DNA of 63,793 nt from Bacillota bacterium (GCA_021803575.1 JAJZLH010000005.1:1-63793); one strand, 5' to 3'. Counted from the stretch's first letter, positions 25,665 through 34,448 are shown. The notes: generated by a model from the letters alone, not told the origin. Numbers and translations are program-made.

Positions 25665-26588
25665 TCAGGTCGCTCGCATCAGCTGACGCTCCATGGGCAG
25701 CTCCCGGTGGACGATGGGCCGGGCACCAGTGGCCCTGCTGACCAGATGCGAGCGCTGGATGGCTGCCCAGTAGCCGTCCATCGCCGCCACGTAGCCGCCA
25801 AGGCGGAGCAGACTGTCAAAGCCGATGCCGATGTCCACCCGCGGGATCAGCCGCTGGCCGGGCCGGGCGAAGCCAGGCACGGACGTGAACAGGAAGGAGT
25901 AGGTGTGGCTGAGCAGGACGTTCGTCTCGACGTTGTAAAAGCCAAACGGGTAGGCGAAGGCGGTCGGCTGCGCCAGGCCCAGGCTGGAGAAGGCCTTTGC
26001 CTCTTGTTCTACGTCCTGGGTGATCGCGGCGGTGAGGGCGTGATGGATGAAGGCGTACTGCATGGAGGGCATACCGTCCAGCAGCGAGTGCAGATCGTAG
26101 GTGTGGGCACCAAAGCTCCACAGCCCGCTGGCCGCCATCGCCTGCACCTGGGCAGCCGTCAGCGAGTTCGGCCCCGCACCGATCCGGCTGCCGATCAAGA
26201 AGGCGACGGCCGGCATGTGGAACGCCTGCAGAATCGGCGTCGCCTGGGTGAAGTCGCTCACATTGCCATCGTCGAAGGCGATCAGCACGCTTGGACCCGT
26301 CACCCGATAGGTGCCCTGCATGTACCCCTCAAACTGGGCCAGGGTCAGCACCTGCACGTGGTGCTGACGAAGCAGGATGAGATCCTGGCGAAAGACGGCC
26401 GGGGAGACGGTGTAGGGACCGGGGGCACCCAGGGCATGAAACAACAGCACCACGACCAGGGAGAGAAGCCGGTGCACGATAGGTGTCCCCCCTCGGGCCG
26501 AGGCGTTGACCCAGTATCCGCCATCCATGACACCGCTCCACACCGCTTTGGGTCCAGGGACGGCCGTGGCGCGGCCAGGCCCGGACAT
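25665..26588 (-). CDS. Polysaccharide deacetylase (NodB/CE4 family), membrane-anchored
   Basis: N-terminal TM segment LLSLVVVLLFHAL, then VLIAFDDGNVSD (Asp-Asp motif) and GAHTYDLH (His motif). Confidence 0.75.
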   Translation of the reverse strand: MSGPGRATAVPGPKAVWSGVMDGGYWVNASARGGTPIVHRLLSLVVVLLFHALGAPGPYTVSPAVFRQDLILLRQHHVQVLTLAQFEGYMQGTYRVTGPSVLIAFDDGNVSDFTQATPILQAFHMPAVAFLIGSRIGAGPNSLTAAQVQAMAASGLWSFGAHTYDLHSLLDGMPSMQYAFIHHALTAAITQDVEQEAKAFSSLGLAQPTAFAYPFGFYNVETNVLLSHTYSFLFTSVPGFARPGQRLIPRVDIGIGFDSLLRLGGYVAAMDGYWAAIQRSHLVSRATGARPIVHRELPMERQLMRAT

Positions 26589-26717
26589 TTAGATCCGGGC
26601 GCCGCCCCTCCTGGTCCCTGCATCAGCTTACTGGTATTATCTACCAGCTAGAGTCTGGCCAGATCGGGGGAAGCGCTCCTGGCCCGAGACCAAGGTGATG
26701 AGACCACAGCCGAGTTC

Positions 26718-27656
26718 GTGCAGTGGTGGCTCTCAGCCGTCGTCCAACCCGGCCTGCGGCCGGCCACCGCCGACACCTATGCGCGGCTCACCAGACTCTA
26801 CGTCCTGCCCAAGCTGGGGGGCGTGCCGCTGGCGGAGCTCACCAGCCAGCGTCTTCGCCGCTGGAGCGCCGACCTCGCCGCCACTCCCTCCCGGCAGGGA
26901 GCCGCCCTCTCGCCGCGCACGGTCGCCTATGTGCAGGCGGTGCTGCGCTCGGCCCTCTCCGAGGCGGTCCGGCTCGATCTGCTTGCCGCCAACCCGATGG
27001 CTGGTGTCCGCCCGCCCCGCCCGCATGCGGTCCCCGTACACACCTTCACCCTGGAGGAGATGCACCGTCTCGACGCCGTGGGGGCGTTCCACCGGCTGGG
27101 CCCTCTCTTCTCGTTCCTCTGGCAGAGTGGGCTCCGCATCGGCGAAGCCCTGGCGCTTCGCTGGGCGGACGTGGACCTCACCGACGGCACGCTCACCGTC
27201 TGCCGCAACCTGGTCGAGGTCAGCGGCCGCCTGATCGAGGGCAGCCCGAAGAGCAGGGCCGGCTTTCGCCAGATCGTGCTGCCCGCCCAGACCGTGGACC
27301 TCTTGCAGAAGGTCAAGGCGGCGGCACCGCTGCAGGGCGCCGGCTCCCTGGTCTTCCCCAATCGGCTGGGCGGCCACCTCTCCCGGCGGAACGTCACCCG
27401 CACCTGGGCCCGGGTGCGAGCCCGTGCCGGACTCCCCAGCTACGGTCTGCACGCCCTCCGCCACACCAACGCCAGCCTGCAACTCCTGGCCGGTGTCGGC
27501 ATCGCCGAGATCGCTGCCCATCTCGGTCACGAGAACCCGACGGTGACGGCTCGCACCTACGCCCATGTCCTCTATCCGACCAAGCGGCGGGCGGCGTCCA
27601 CCTTCGATCGTCTCTTGGCGCGAGTCGAAGAGCCGGCCGGGGCGAGAGGGCCCTGA
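26718..27656 (+). CDS. Tyrosine recombinase / phage-type integrase (Xer-sized, 312 aa)
   Basis: Catalytic signature present: LRIGEALALRWADV (Arg), PKSRAGFRQIVLP (Lys), HALRHT (H-x-x-R), LGHENPTVTARTYAHV (His, Tyr). The start is GTG and an in-frame stop lies at 26649. Confidence 0.8.
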   Translation: MQWWLSAVVQPGLRPATADTYARLTRLYVLPKLGGVPLAELTSQRLRRWSADLAATPSRQGAALSPRTVAYVQAVLRSALSEAVRLDLLAANPMAGVRPPRPHAVPVHTFTLEEMHRLDAVGAFHRLGPLFSFLWQSGLRIGEALALRWADVDLTDGTLTVCRNLVEVSGRLIEGSPKSRAGFRQIVLPAQTVDLLQKVKAAAPLQGAGSLVFPNRLGGHLSRRNVTRTWARVRARAGLPSYGLHALRHTNASLQLLAGVGIAEIAAHLGHENPTVTARTYAHVLYPTKRRAASTFDRLLARVEEPAGARGP

Positions 27657-27685
27657 GCGCACCGGCGGCTGCCGAGGTGTGACCC

Positions 27686-30268
27686 TCACGCTTGCGGTTG
27701 TGGGACCGCCGGCGCGGGCAGGACACCTCTCGTCTCTTGCCACAGCTCCATCAGGTGAGGGGCGGTGAGAGGGCGGCTGAAAAGGAAGCCCTGAACCTCT
27801 GAGCAGCCTTCTTGAGCCAACCACTCCAACTGCCGCTCAGTCTCCACCCCTTCCGCCACCACCGACAGTCGGAGCCCATGTGCCATGCCCAGGATGGCAC
27901 GCACGATCTCCCGGTCGTCGTGCTGTTCCGGGAGGCCACTGACGAAGGAGCGGTCGATCTTCAGCCCGACGATCGGCAGGCGCTTCAAGTAGCTGAGGGA
28001 CGAGTAGCCGGTGCCAAAGTCGTCGATGAAGAGGCGAACGCCAAGGCGGCGGAGCTCGTTCAGGGTATCGACCACCACCTGGTTGTCCTGGGCCAGGCTG
28101 TTCTCGGTCATCTCCAGCACAAGCTGGCGCGGATTGACGCCGGAGTCCCGGATGATCGCCAGCACCGAATCCCGGAAGGTCGGCTGATTGAGGTGCCGGG
28201 CCGAGATGTTGACGCCAACGGTCAGGCCGCCCAACCCCTGCGCTTGCCAGCGGCAGGCCTGGGCACAGGCCTCCTCTAGCACCCACTCACTGATCGGCAC
28301 GATCAGGCCGCGGTCCTCGGCGACCGGGATGAACTCGGCCGGCGACACCAGGCCGAACCCCGGCCGCTGCCAGCGCACCAGGGCCTCGGCGCCGCTGATG
28401 CGCCGGGATGGCAGGCTGACGGTAGGCTGGTAGTGCAGCACAAACTGCCGGGCCCGGATCGCCCGGCGCAGGGCTGTATCCAAGGACAGCGCCTGACGCA
28501 GATCGGACTCCATATCCGCGCTGTAGAAGCAGGGCTGGCTGGCGTCCGTCTCCACAGCTCGGCGCATCGCCACCTCGGCCTGGTGGATCAACGTCGCCTC
28601 GTCCCGGCTGTCAGCTGGAAACAGGCTGAGGCCGATGCTGGCTCCGGCCGGGAGCGTGTTGCCGTTGACGACCAGCGGCCGTGCCAGTGCCTTCAGAAGC
28701 TTGCCGGCTACCGTCTTCACGGCGTCCCGGTCGGAAGGCCCCTGCAACACGACCACAAATTCCTGGCTGCCGTAACGGGCTACCAGGTCAACGCCGCGCA
28801 GGCACTGCCGCATGCGCTGGCTGGCCGCCTTCAGTAGCTCGTCCCCGATGGCGTGCCCGTAGGCGTCACTGACCTCCTGCATCTGGGCCAGCTTGATCAG
28901 GGCCACCGCCACCATCGTCCCCGGGCGGCGCGCCGCTGTGTCCAGGGCCTCTCGCAGGCGCCTGCCCAGCTCGCCGCCACTGGGCAGCCCGGTCAAGGCA
29001 TCATGATCGGCCAAGAAGGTGAGCCGCTCTTCATCCGCCTTGCGCTGGCTCAAGTCGGCCACCAAGAGGAGGTGGTGGGTGACCGCCCCGTGGGTGTCGC
29101 GCACCTGCGACATGGTCAGCTGGATGGGCTGCGCCTGACCATCCTTGCGCTTTAGCCACAGCTCCCCCTGCCACGACCCCGTGCGGTGCAACTCCGTCTC
29201 AAGTGCCTGGCGGGAGAGGCCGGAGTGCTCCTCTGACAGGCCCACCGTCCCAAGCGGGCTGCCGATCAGGTCAGCCGCCGAAAACCCGCTGAGCTGGGTG
29301 AAGGTGCGGTTCACGGCCACGATCTGGTCGGCGCGGTCGGTGATCAGAATGCCATGGCTGGTGCTCTCGAACACAGAGGCGGCGAGCCTGAGCTGGAGTT
29401 CGGTCTCCCTCTCGCCGCGGAGGTCATGGACGATCAGGGCGCTGCCGAGTCTCTGGCCCAGTTCGTCCTGGAGCGGCGAGATCGACACCGAGACCGGTAT
29501 CGACTCTCCGCTCTTGGAGCGGTGGATGGCGTCGTGGCGCGGCAGCTTCTCGCCCAGCCTGAGCCGGCCGTTCGCCTCCTGCACCTGTCGTCGCCGGTCC
29601 GGTGGCACGATCAGCGATCCGGACCGGCCGATCGCTTCTAGCGCGCTGTAGCCGTAGAGGTCTTCGGCCGCACGGTTCCAGCTCGTGATCACGAATTCGC
29701 TGTTGAGTCCGATGATGGCTTCCGACGCCGACGCCACAATGGCGCCGAGCCGCGCCAGGGCAGTCTCGCCGGCCAATAGGTCGCTCAGGTCGGTGACCAA
29801 GAGCCCGATCGTGGGCAGATCGCCACTGCTGCCGGCAAAGGCGTGACAATGGGTCGCCACCGTCTTCCCTGCACTGTCTTGAAAGTCGAGGCGCTGGCGC
29901 GGTTGGCCGTCAGCCGGCGCCCGTAGCAGCTGCACCAGGGCGCGCTGAGACGATGCGCAGACGAAACTCTGCACAGAAGCGCCGATCACCCGCTCCAGCG
30001 GGGTCTTGACCAGGGAGGCGAAGGGGCTGTTGGCATAGAGGATGAGTCCCTCCGGGTTAACACTGATGGCGCCCTCGGCCGTTTGCTCGACCATGCGCCG
30101 GTAGCCCTCGTCCACTCCGCCATCCGCTTCAGGGACGCGCAGTTCGCTCTGGTCGCTCTGCCGCTTGGCTGAGCCGAGGCCGGCGGCGCCCTGCCGGAAT
30201 CCCTTGGCCACCACCGCCAGCTTGGGCGGCCCCCGCCGAGGCTTCCTGGTCCCCACATCGCGACGCAT
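27686..30268 (-). CDS. PAS-PAS-PAS / degenerate GGDEF / EAL signalling protein (likely c-di-GMP phosphodiesterase)
   Basis: Start set to ATG 30268, which overlaps the kaiB stop (TGATG). There are three PAS-like segments. The GGDEF motif reads GSQEF (28757..28771) with RGVD (RxxD) 5 aa upstream. The EAL domain looks intact (GAEALVRW, DDFGTGYSSLSYL, KIDRSF, EGVET). Confidence 0.85.
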   Translation of the reverse strand: MRRDVGTRKPRRGPPKLAVVAKGFRQGAAGLGSAKRQSDQSELRVPEADGGVDEGYRRMVEQTAEGAISVNPEGLILYANSPFASLVKTPLERVIGASVQSFVCASSQRALVQLLRAPADGQPRQRLDFQDSAGKTVATHCHAFAGSSGDLPTIGLLVTDLSDLLAGETALARLGAIVASASEAIIGLNSEFVITSWNRAAEDLYGYSALEAIGRSGSLIVPPDRRRQVQEANGRLRLGEKLPRHDAIHRSKSGESIPVSVSISPLQDELGQRLGSALIVHDLRGERETELQLRLAASVFESTSHGILITDRADQIVAVNRTFTQLSGFSAADLIGSPLGTVGLSEEHSGLSRQALETELHRTGSWQGELWLKRKDGQAQPIQLTMSQVRDTHGAVTHHLLLVADLSQRKADEERLTFLADHDALTGLPSGGELGRRLREALDTAARRPGTMVAVALIKLAQMQEVSDAYGHAIGDELLKAASQRMRQCLRGVDLVARYGSQEFVVVLQGPSDRDAVKTVAGKLLKALARPLVVNGNTLPAGASIGLSLFPADSRDEATLIHQAEVAMRRAVETDASQPCFYSADMESDLRQALSLDTALRRAIRARQFVLHYQPTVSLPSRRISGAEALVRWQRPGFGLVSPAEFIPVAEDRGLIVPISEWVLEEACAQACRWQAQGLGGLTVGVNISARHLNQPTFRDSVLAIIRDSGVNPRQLVLEMTENSLAQDNQVVVDTLNELRRLGVRLFIDDFGTGYSSLSYLKRLPIVGLKIDRSFVSGLPEQHDDREIVRAILGMAHGLRLSVVAEGVETERQLEWLAQEGCSEVQGFLFSRPLTAPHLMELWQETRGVLPAPAVPQPQA

Positions 30269-30582
30269 CAGCCCTGGCCCCGAATGCCCAGCCCGGCCAG
30301 CACCCGCGCCCTCTGAGACAGGTCTCCGATCACACTGCGCACCGGCAGCGGCGCCGTCTTGACCAAGGTCGGAATGGCGAGGATCTGGTCCCGCTGGGCC
30401 AGTTCCGGCTGCTGATGGATGTCGATCACTTCCAGATCGCACTGGCCCCCCAACTCCTCGGCACAGATGGCGGTGATGTTGGTGATGGCCAGCGTCGACA
30501 CGCCGGCCATGCCGGCCACGTAGAGACGGAGCCGGTAGCGCAACTGGTCATCGGCTGGCCGCATGGCCGCTTGTGCCCTCAT
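30268..30582 (-). CDS. kaiB: Circadian clock protein KaiB homologue
   Basis: LRLYVAGMAGVSTLAITNITAICAEELGGQCDLEVIDIHQQPELAQRDQILAIPTLVKTAPLPVRSVIGDLS follows the KaiB thioredoxin-like pattern. The start overlaps the kaiC stop as ATGA. Confidence 0.85.
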   Translation of the reverse strand: MRAQAAMRPADDQLRYRLRLYVAGMAGVSTLAITNITAICAEELGGQCDLEVIDIHQQPELAQRDQILAIPTLVKTAPLPVRSVIGDLSQRARVLAGLGIRGQG

Positions 30583-32333
30583 CGGCGCTTTCTCGACCGC
30601 GCCGCAACGGGCACCTGTTCCGCCGCGTTGGTGCTGCGCTCACGTTCAGAAGCGGCCTGACTCATGCGCAGATCGCCCAGCCGGGTGGCCTCGGCCTCCA
30701 GGGCGGCTTCCAGTTCGGCCTGCTCGGCCTGGAACTGCGTCTGCAGCTGAATCACAGCCGACTCCGTCACCACCCGCTTGCGCTCGATCACCGCCCGCTG
30801 CCGGGCGGCCTCCCGGCCCCGCTCCTCGCGGGTCGCCCGCGCCGCGGTCTGGGTTGCCAGACGGGCGGAGCCAAGCAGCACGCCGTCTGGTCCCAGCTGC
30901 ACATCGATCAGATCCACCCCGTGGTCGCTGACCAAAAACTCACGCACCTGATTGGAGTGGGCCATGCCACGCGACTTCAGCACACTGAGCGTGCGGTTTC
31001 GCTCACCCTGATACTCCACGTTGCGCAGCACGATCCAGCTGTCGATCAGAGACGAGATGCCGGTCTGGCTCGGGGTCTCGTCGGTCTCGCCCTGGATCAG
31101 GGTGCTCATCATCACGGTGACGCTCCGCGACTTCAGGAAGTCGGTGAGCCGGGTCAGCATCGCTCTGACCTCAATCGGCCTGCCGACCAGATCGAAGGCC
31201 CCGATCTGGTCGACCACCACCACCGCCGGGTCAACCACCTGAACCAGACGTTGCATCTCCATCAGGTGCCACTCCAGGCCGGCTCCGGTGGGGCGCAGCG
31301 AGCGCACCGTCAACAGCCCGGCCTGCTGCCAGTGTTCGATGTCGATGCCAATCGACCGCATGTTGCGGGCGATCTGCATCGGCGACTCCTCCAGGGCCAG
31401 ATAGAGACAGCGCTGACCGCGGGCGCAGGCGGCGTCGGCGAAGTGGGCACAGAGCGAGCCCTTGCCGCTGCCGGCGTGGCCGGAGACCAAGATGGCGCTC
31501 CCTTCCAGGAACCCCTTGCCGCCCAGCATCTGGTCGAGCTTGGCGACGCCGCTGGACAGGCGGGCCGTCCCGGCTGGATGGTCCAACGACGACGACTTGA
31601 TGGCGAACAGGGCGACGCCGTGAGCGTCGATCAGGAACGGGCACTCGTTGCTGCCGTGCTGAGAGCCCCGGTACTTGACCACCCGCAGGCGGCGGGTTGA
31701 GATCCCCTGATCGAGATCCTGGTGCAAGGAGAGCACGCAGTCCGACACATACTCTTCAATTCCGTAGCGGGTCAGGCTGTTGAGCCCGGCCTCGGCGGTG
31801 ACGATGGCGGTCACCCCACGTTCGGAGAGCCAGCGAAACAATCGGCGCAGTTCGCCGCGCACCACCGAGCCATCGCCCTGACCCTGGAACAGCACTTCCA
31901 GGGTGTCCAGCACCACCCGTTTGGCTCCGACCTGATCAATGGCGTGGGCGAGCCGGACGAACAGCCCCTCCAGGTCGAAGTCTCCGGTCGCCTGGCTCTG
32001 GTCGGGCACCGCCTCGACATGATCCAGGTAGATGTGACCCCCTGCCACCAGGGCTGCCAGGTCGACGCCCAGCGAGGCGACGTTCACCACCAGGTCGTCC
32101 GGGCGCTCCTCGAAGGACATGAAGACACCGGGCTCTTCCAGTTCCGCTGCCCCGTAGACCAGGAACTGGAGACTGAGCAGCGTCTTGCCACTGCCCGCCG
32201 TACCACAGACCAGTGTTGTCCGTCCGGCGGGCAAGCCGCCGCCAGTGATCTCGTCCAATCCGGGGATGCCGGTGGCCGACTTCTTGAGGCCGGCGAGTAG
32301 GCGGTGCTCGGTGCGATCTGTACTCACGGCCAT
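30579..32333 (-). CDS. kaiC: Circadian clock protein KaiC homologue (double RecA-like domains) with long C-terminal extension
   Basis: CI has Walker A GTAGSGKT and FEE. CII has GHAGSGKGS and LEES. ISS at aa 426-428 aligns to the IST phosphosite segment, and the KSRGMAHSNQVREF tail is present. About 85 extra Ala/Glu/Gln/Arg-rich residues follow at the C-terminus. The RBS AGAGGGAG lies upstream of ATG 32333. Confidence 0.9.
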   Translation of the reverse strand: MAVSTDRTEHRLLAGLKKSATGIPGLDEITGGGLPAGRTTLVCGTAGSGKTLLSLQFLVYGAAELEEPGVFMSFEERPDDLVVNVASLGVDLAALVAGGHIYLDHVEAVPDQSQATGDFDLEGLFVRLAHAIDQVGAKRVVLDTLEVLFQGQGDGSVVRGELRRLFRWLSERGVTAIVTAEAGLNSLTRYGIEEYVSDCVLSLHQDLDQGISTRRLRVVKYRGSQHGSNECPFLIDAHGVALFAIKSSSLDHPAGTARLSSGVAKLDQMLGGKGFLEGSAILVSGHAGSGKGSLCAHFADAACARGQRCLYLALEESPMQIARNMRSIGIDIEHWQQAGLLTVRSLRPTGAGLEWHLMEMQRLVQVVDPAVVVVDQIGAFDLVGRPIEVRAMLTRLTDFLKSRSVTVMMSTLIQGETDETPSQTGISSLIDSWIVLRNVEYQGERNRTLSVLKSRGMAHSNQVREFLVSDHGVDLIDVQLGPDGVLLGSARLATQTAARATREERGREAARQRAVIERKRVVTESAVIQLQTQFQAEQAELEAALEAEATRLGDLRMSQAASERERSTNAAEQVPVAARSRKRR

Positions 32334-32958
32334 GGGACTAACTCCCTCTGAGTCTCACGAGGCAGGCAGGCCTGAACTGGATCCCTACCTTGATTCTCCA
32401 TCATATACTTATTCCATCTTGTCTGCCGTGCTTCTCCATCACCTACCTAGGACCGTACAGAGGGGGCGTGGACGACTCATCCGGAAGTTTTACTGAAGGA
32501 TGTGGGCTCCGCAGGCGTGTCGTGCAGTGGCGCCAGCACCTAGGAAGGTGCACCAGCACTCCCGCAGCACCGAGCTCCGGGTCGAGAAGGGTGTCATCAT
32601 CGTCGAGGTGGCGGTGGTGATCGGCTGACACGGTATCTACGCCATCGCTGCGCTACAGCTTCCCCGGGAGTCGGCTCTGCACCACCGTCAAGCTCCTTTA
32701 GCGCCACGCTGAATCACCCTTGAGCCGGCGGCCCTCGGTCAGCTCCCCCACCTCAGCCCCCCACCCTCGCCCGTCACATGGCCCGCCTGGATCGGCCCAG
32801 GCCGCAACTGTCTCTTCATCTCGGTCGACCCACCCAGATCCGCTCGGCAGTGCTGGTGGTGTGGTACGCCTCAGACGCATTCAGGCCAGGAGCCCATGTC
32901 CACGCCGACGGGCCCCGTGCACCAGCTAGAGGCCCGCTCGCCCGTTGCCAGTAGCCGT

Positions 32959-32987
32959 TTGATATGTAGGCCATTATGTTCTACATT
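32959..32987 (+). promoter_or_regulatory. Promoter of phd-vapC pair (TTGATA-17-TACATT) with ATGTAG-N11-CTACAT inverted repeat
   Basis: -35 at 32959..32964 and -10 at 32982..32987. The inverted-repeat arms lie at 32964..32969 and 32981..32986. ATG 32994 begins 7 nt after the -10. Confidence 0.5.
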
Positions 32988-32993
32988 GAGCAC

Positions 32994-33272
32994 ATGGAAC
33001 GTCAGGTGCCCGTACGCGAGTTGAACCAGCAGACCAGCGCCGTCCTCGCCGCGGTGGCTGGCGGACAGGCCGTCACGGTGACACGCGCCGGCCGTCCGAT
33101 CGCCCGCCTGGTGCCAGTCCAGGATGGGGAGACGTGGCTACTGGGCCTCGTGTCGGCGGGACGGGCGACCGCTGCCACGATGACCCGCCCGTTTACGATG
33201 CCCCCTGCCGACAACTACGGCGGCGATGTCTCCGAGCGGCTGGCCGACGACCGGCGGGATGAGCGCTGGTGA
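32994..33272 (+). CDS. Phd/YefM-family type II antitoxin
   Basis: MERQVPVRELNQQTSAVLAAVAGGQAVTVTRAGRPIARLVP fits the Phd/YefM N-terminal fold pattern. The stop overlaps the downstream PIN gene start. The track start 32976 would lie upstream of the predicted TSS. Confidence 0.75.
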   Translation: MERQVPVRELNQQTSAVLAAVAGGQAVTVTRAGRPIARLVPVQDGETWLLGLVSAGRATAATMTRPFTMPPADNYGGDVSERLADDRRDERW

Positions 33273-33676
33273 TCTACCTCGACTCGTCCGCAGTGATCAA
33301 GCTGGTGCGCCGAGAAACAGGAAGCAGAGAACTCCTCGACTGGCTGGCTGCGCACCCGGAATCGGTCCTGATCTCCTCTGTGCTGGTAGAGGTCGAGGTC
33401 CCCCGGACCATCCGCCGCTATGCCCCTGGGGCGCTGGCCCGGATTCCCCGCGTCTTGGCTGGCTTGGCCCGGATCGAGATCGACCCTACCATTCGCGCCA
33501 CTGCCGCAGCTTATACGGACAGCGCCCTTCGTAGCCTGGACGCCATCCACCTGGCGACCGCCGATCTTGCGGCGTCCGAGGGGGAGCCGCTCGAAGCCTT
33601 CGTGGCCTATGATCGCCGCCTGCTTACCGCGGCCCAGGCGCGAGGATTCCCGACGGCCAGCCCCGGGCTGGACTGA
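33269..33676 (+). CDS. vapC: PIN-domain toxin (VapC family)
   Basis: IYLDSSAVIKL (first acidic residue), LVEVEV, and LDAIHLATA...AYDRRL (conserved Asp residues). The GTG start overlaps the antitoxin stop. Confidence 0.8.
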   Translation: MIYLDSSAVIKLVRRETGSRELLDWLAAHPESVLISSVLVEVEVPRTIRRYAPGALARIPRVLAGLARIEIDPTIRATAAAYTDSALRSLDAIHLATADLAASEGEPLEAFVAYDRRLLTAAQARGFPTASPGLD

Positions 33677-33779
33677 GCCCATTCGCCCGGGCCACCGCCC
33701 CGTCCGCCTGCCTTCCGCCGCCCCTGCCTGCCGCTGCTCAGCCCCAGCCCGGAGCCGGCCGAGCGCCTAGAGGGCGCGC

Positions 33780-34448
33780 TCAGTGACCAAAGGCGAGGTT
33801 GGCCATGATGAAGATGATGCCGAGCTGCAACACCCCCTGCATGGCGGTCACGGCGATGTAGCGCTTCATGGTGCGGCCGATCTTCTCCAGGTCGGGATGC
33901 TCCCGGTTGATCTCCCGGAAGATCCTGAGGTTGGTGGGCAGGAGCACGCCAAACCCCTGCACGAACAGCCAGAGCACCACCACCCCCGCCGCCAGGAGCC
34001 AGGGCCGGAAGCTGGCAGACGCCAGCAGCCCGAGCCGGCTGGCCAGGTAGTAGCCGCTGGTGATGGCCACGGCCGAGAGCACAGGCATGAAGACCAAGGT
34101 GCGCGGCATCAGCTGGGAGATGAAGTTGCGCCTTGCCTCCGGCGTCATCCGGCGCATCACCGGCCCGATCAGAAAACCCATGAACAGGTCAATTCCAGTC
34201 CAGGCGCCTCCGGTCAGCACATGCAGGTAGTCCAGCATGGTGGTGTTGCCCACCGCCAGCACCACGGCCAGGGCCGCCACCAATAGCCACACCCACCAGA
34301 CCAGGCGCAACCCCTGGCCAAGAAGCTCCCATCCGCTGTCCGTCACCGCCGCCGGAGCCGAGAGCGCGGTGCCCACCGCATCTCCCCCTTCCCAAATTGC
34401 TCCTTTGGAACCAGACCTCGGGGCCGCCACCGCCGGCGGCGGCCCCAT
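33780..34448 (-). CDS. Integral membrane protein, unknown function
   Basis: Four to five hydrophobic helices. It lies 23 nt downstream of the beta-helix protein gene on the same strand. Confidence 0.55.
   Translation of the reverse strand: MGPPPAVAAPRSGSKGAIWEGGDAVGTALSAPAAVTDSGWELLGQGLRLVWWVWLLVAALAVVLAVGNTTMLDYLHVLTGGAWTGIDLFMGFLIGPVMRRMTPEARRNFISQLMPRTLVFMPVLSAVAITSGYYLASRLGLLASASFRPWLLAAGVVVLWLFVQGFGVLLPTNLRIFREINREHPDLEKIGRTMKRYIAVTAMQGVLQLGIIFIMANLAFGH

Noticed and set aside
25527-26651. 374-aa plus-strand ORF
   Set aside because: It is antisense to the polysaccharide deacetylase gene and is a low-complexity Gly/Arg/His translation.
26723-27824. ORFs 26723..27682 (+) and 26733..27824 (-) overlapping the recombinase gene
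   Set aside because: Only the 26718 frame shows the R-K-HxxR-H-Y integrase signature. The other frames are Pro/Arg/Gly-rich shadows.
30573-31700. 375-aa plus-strand ORF and 31722..32300
   Set aside because: They are antisense to kaiC.
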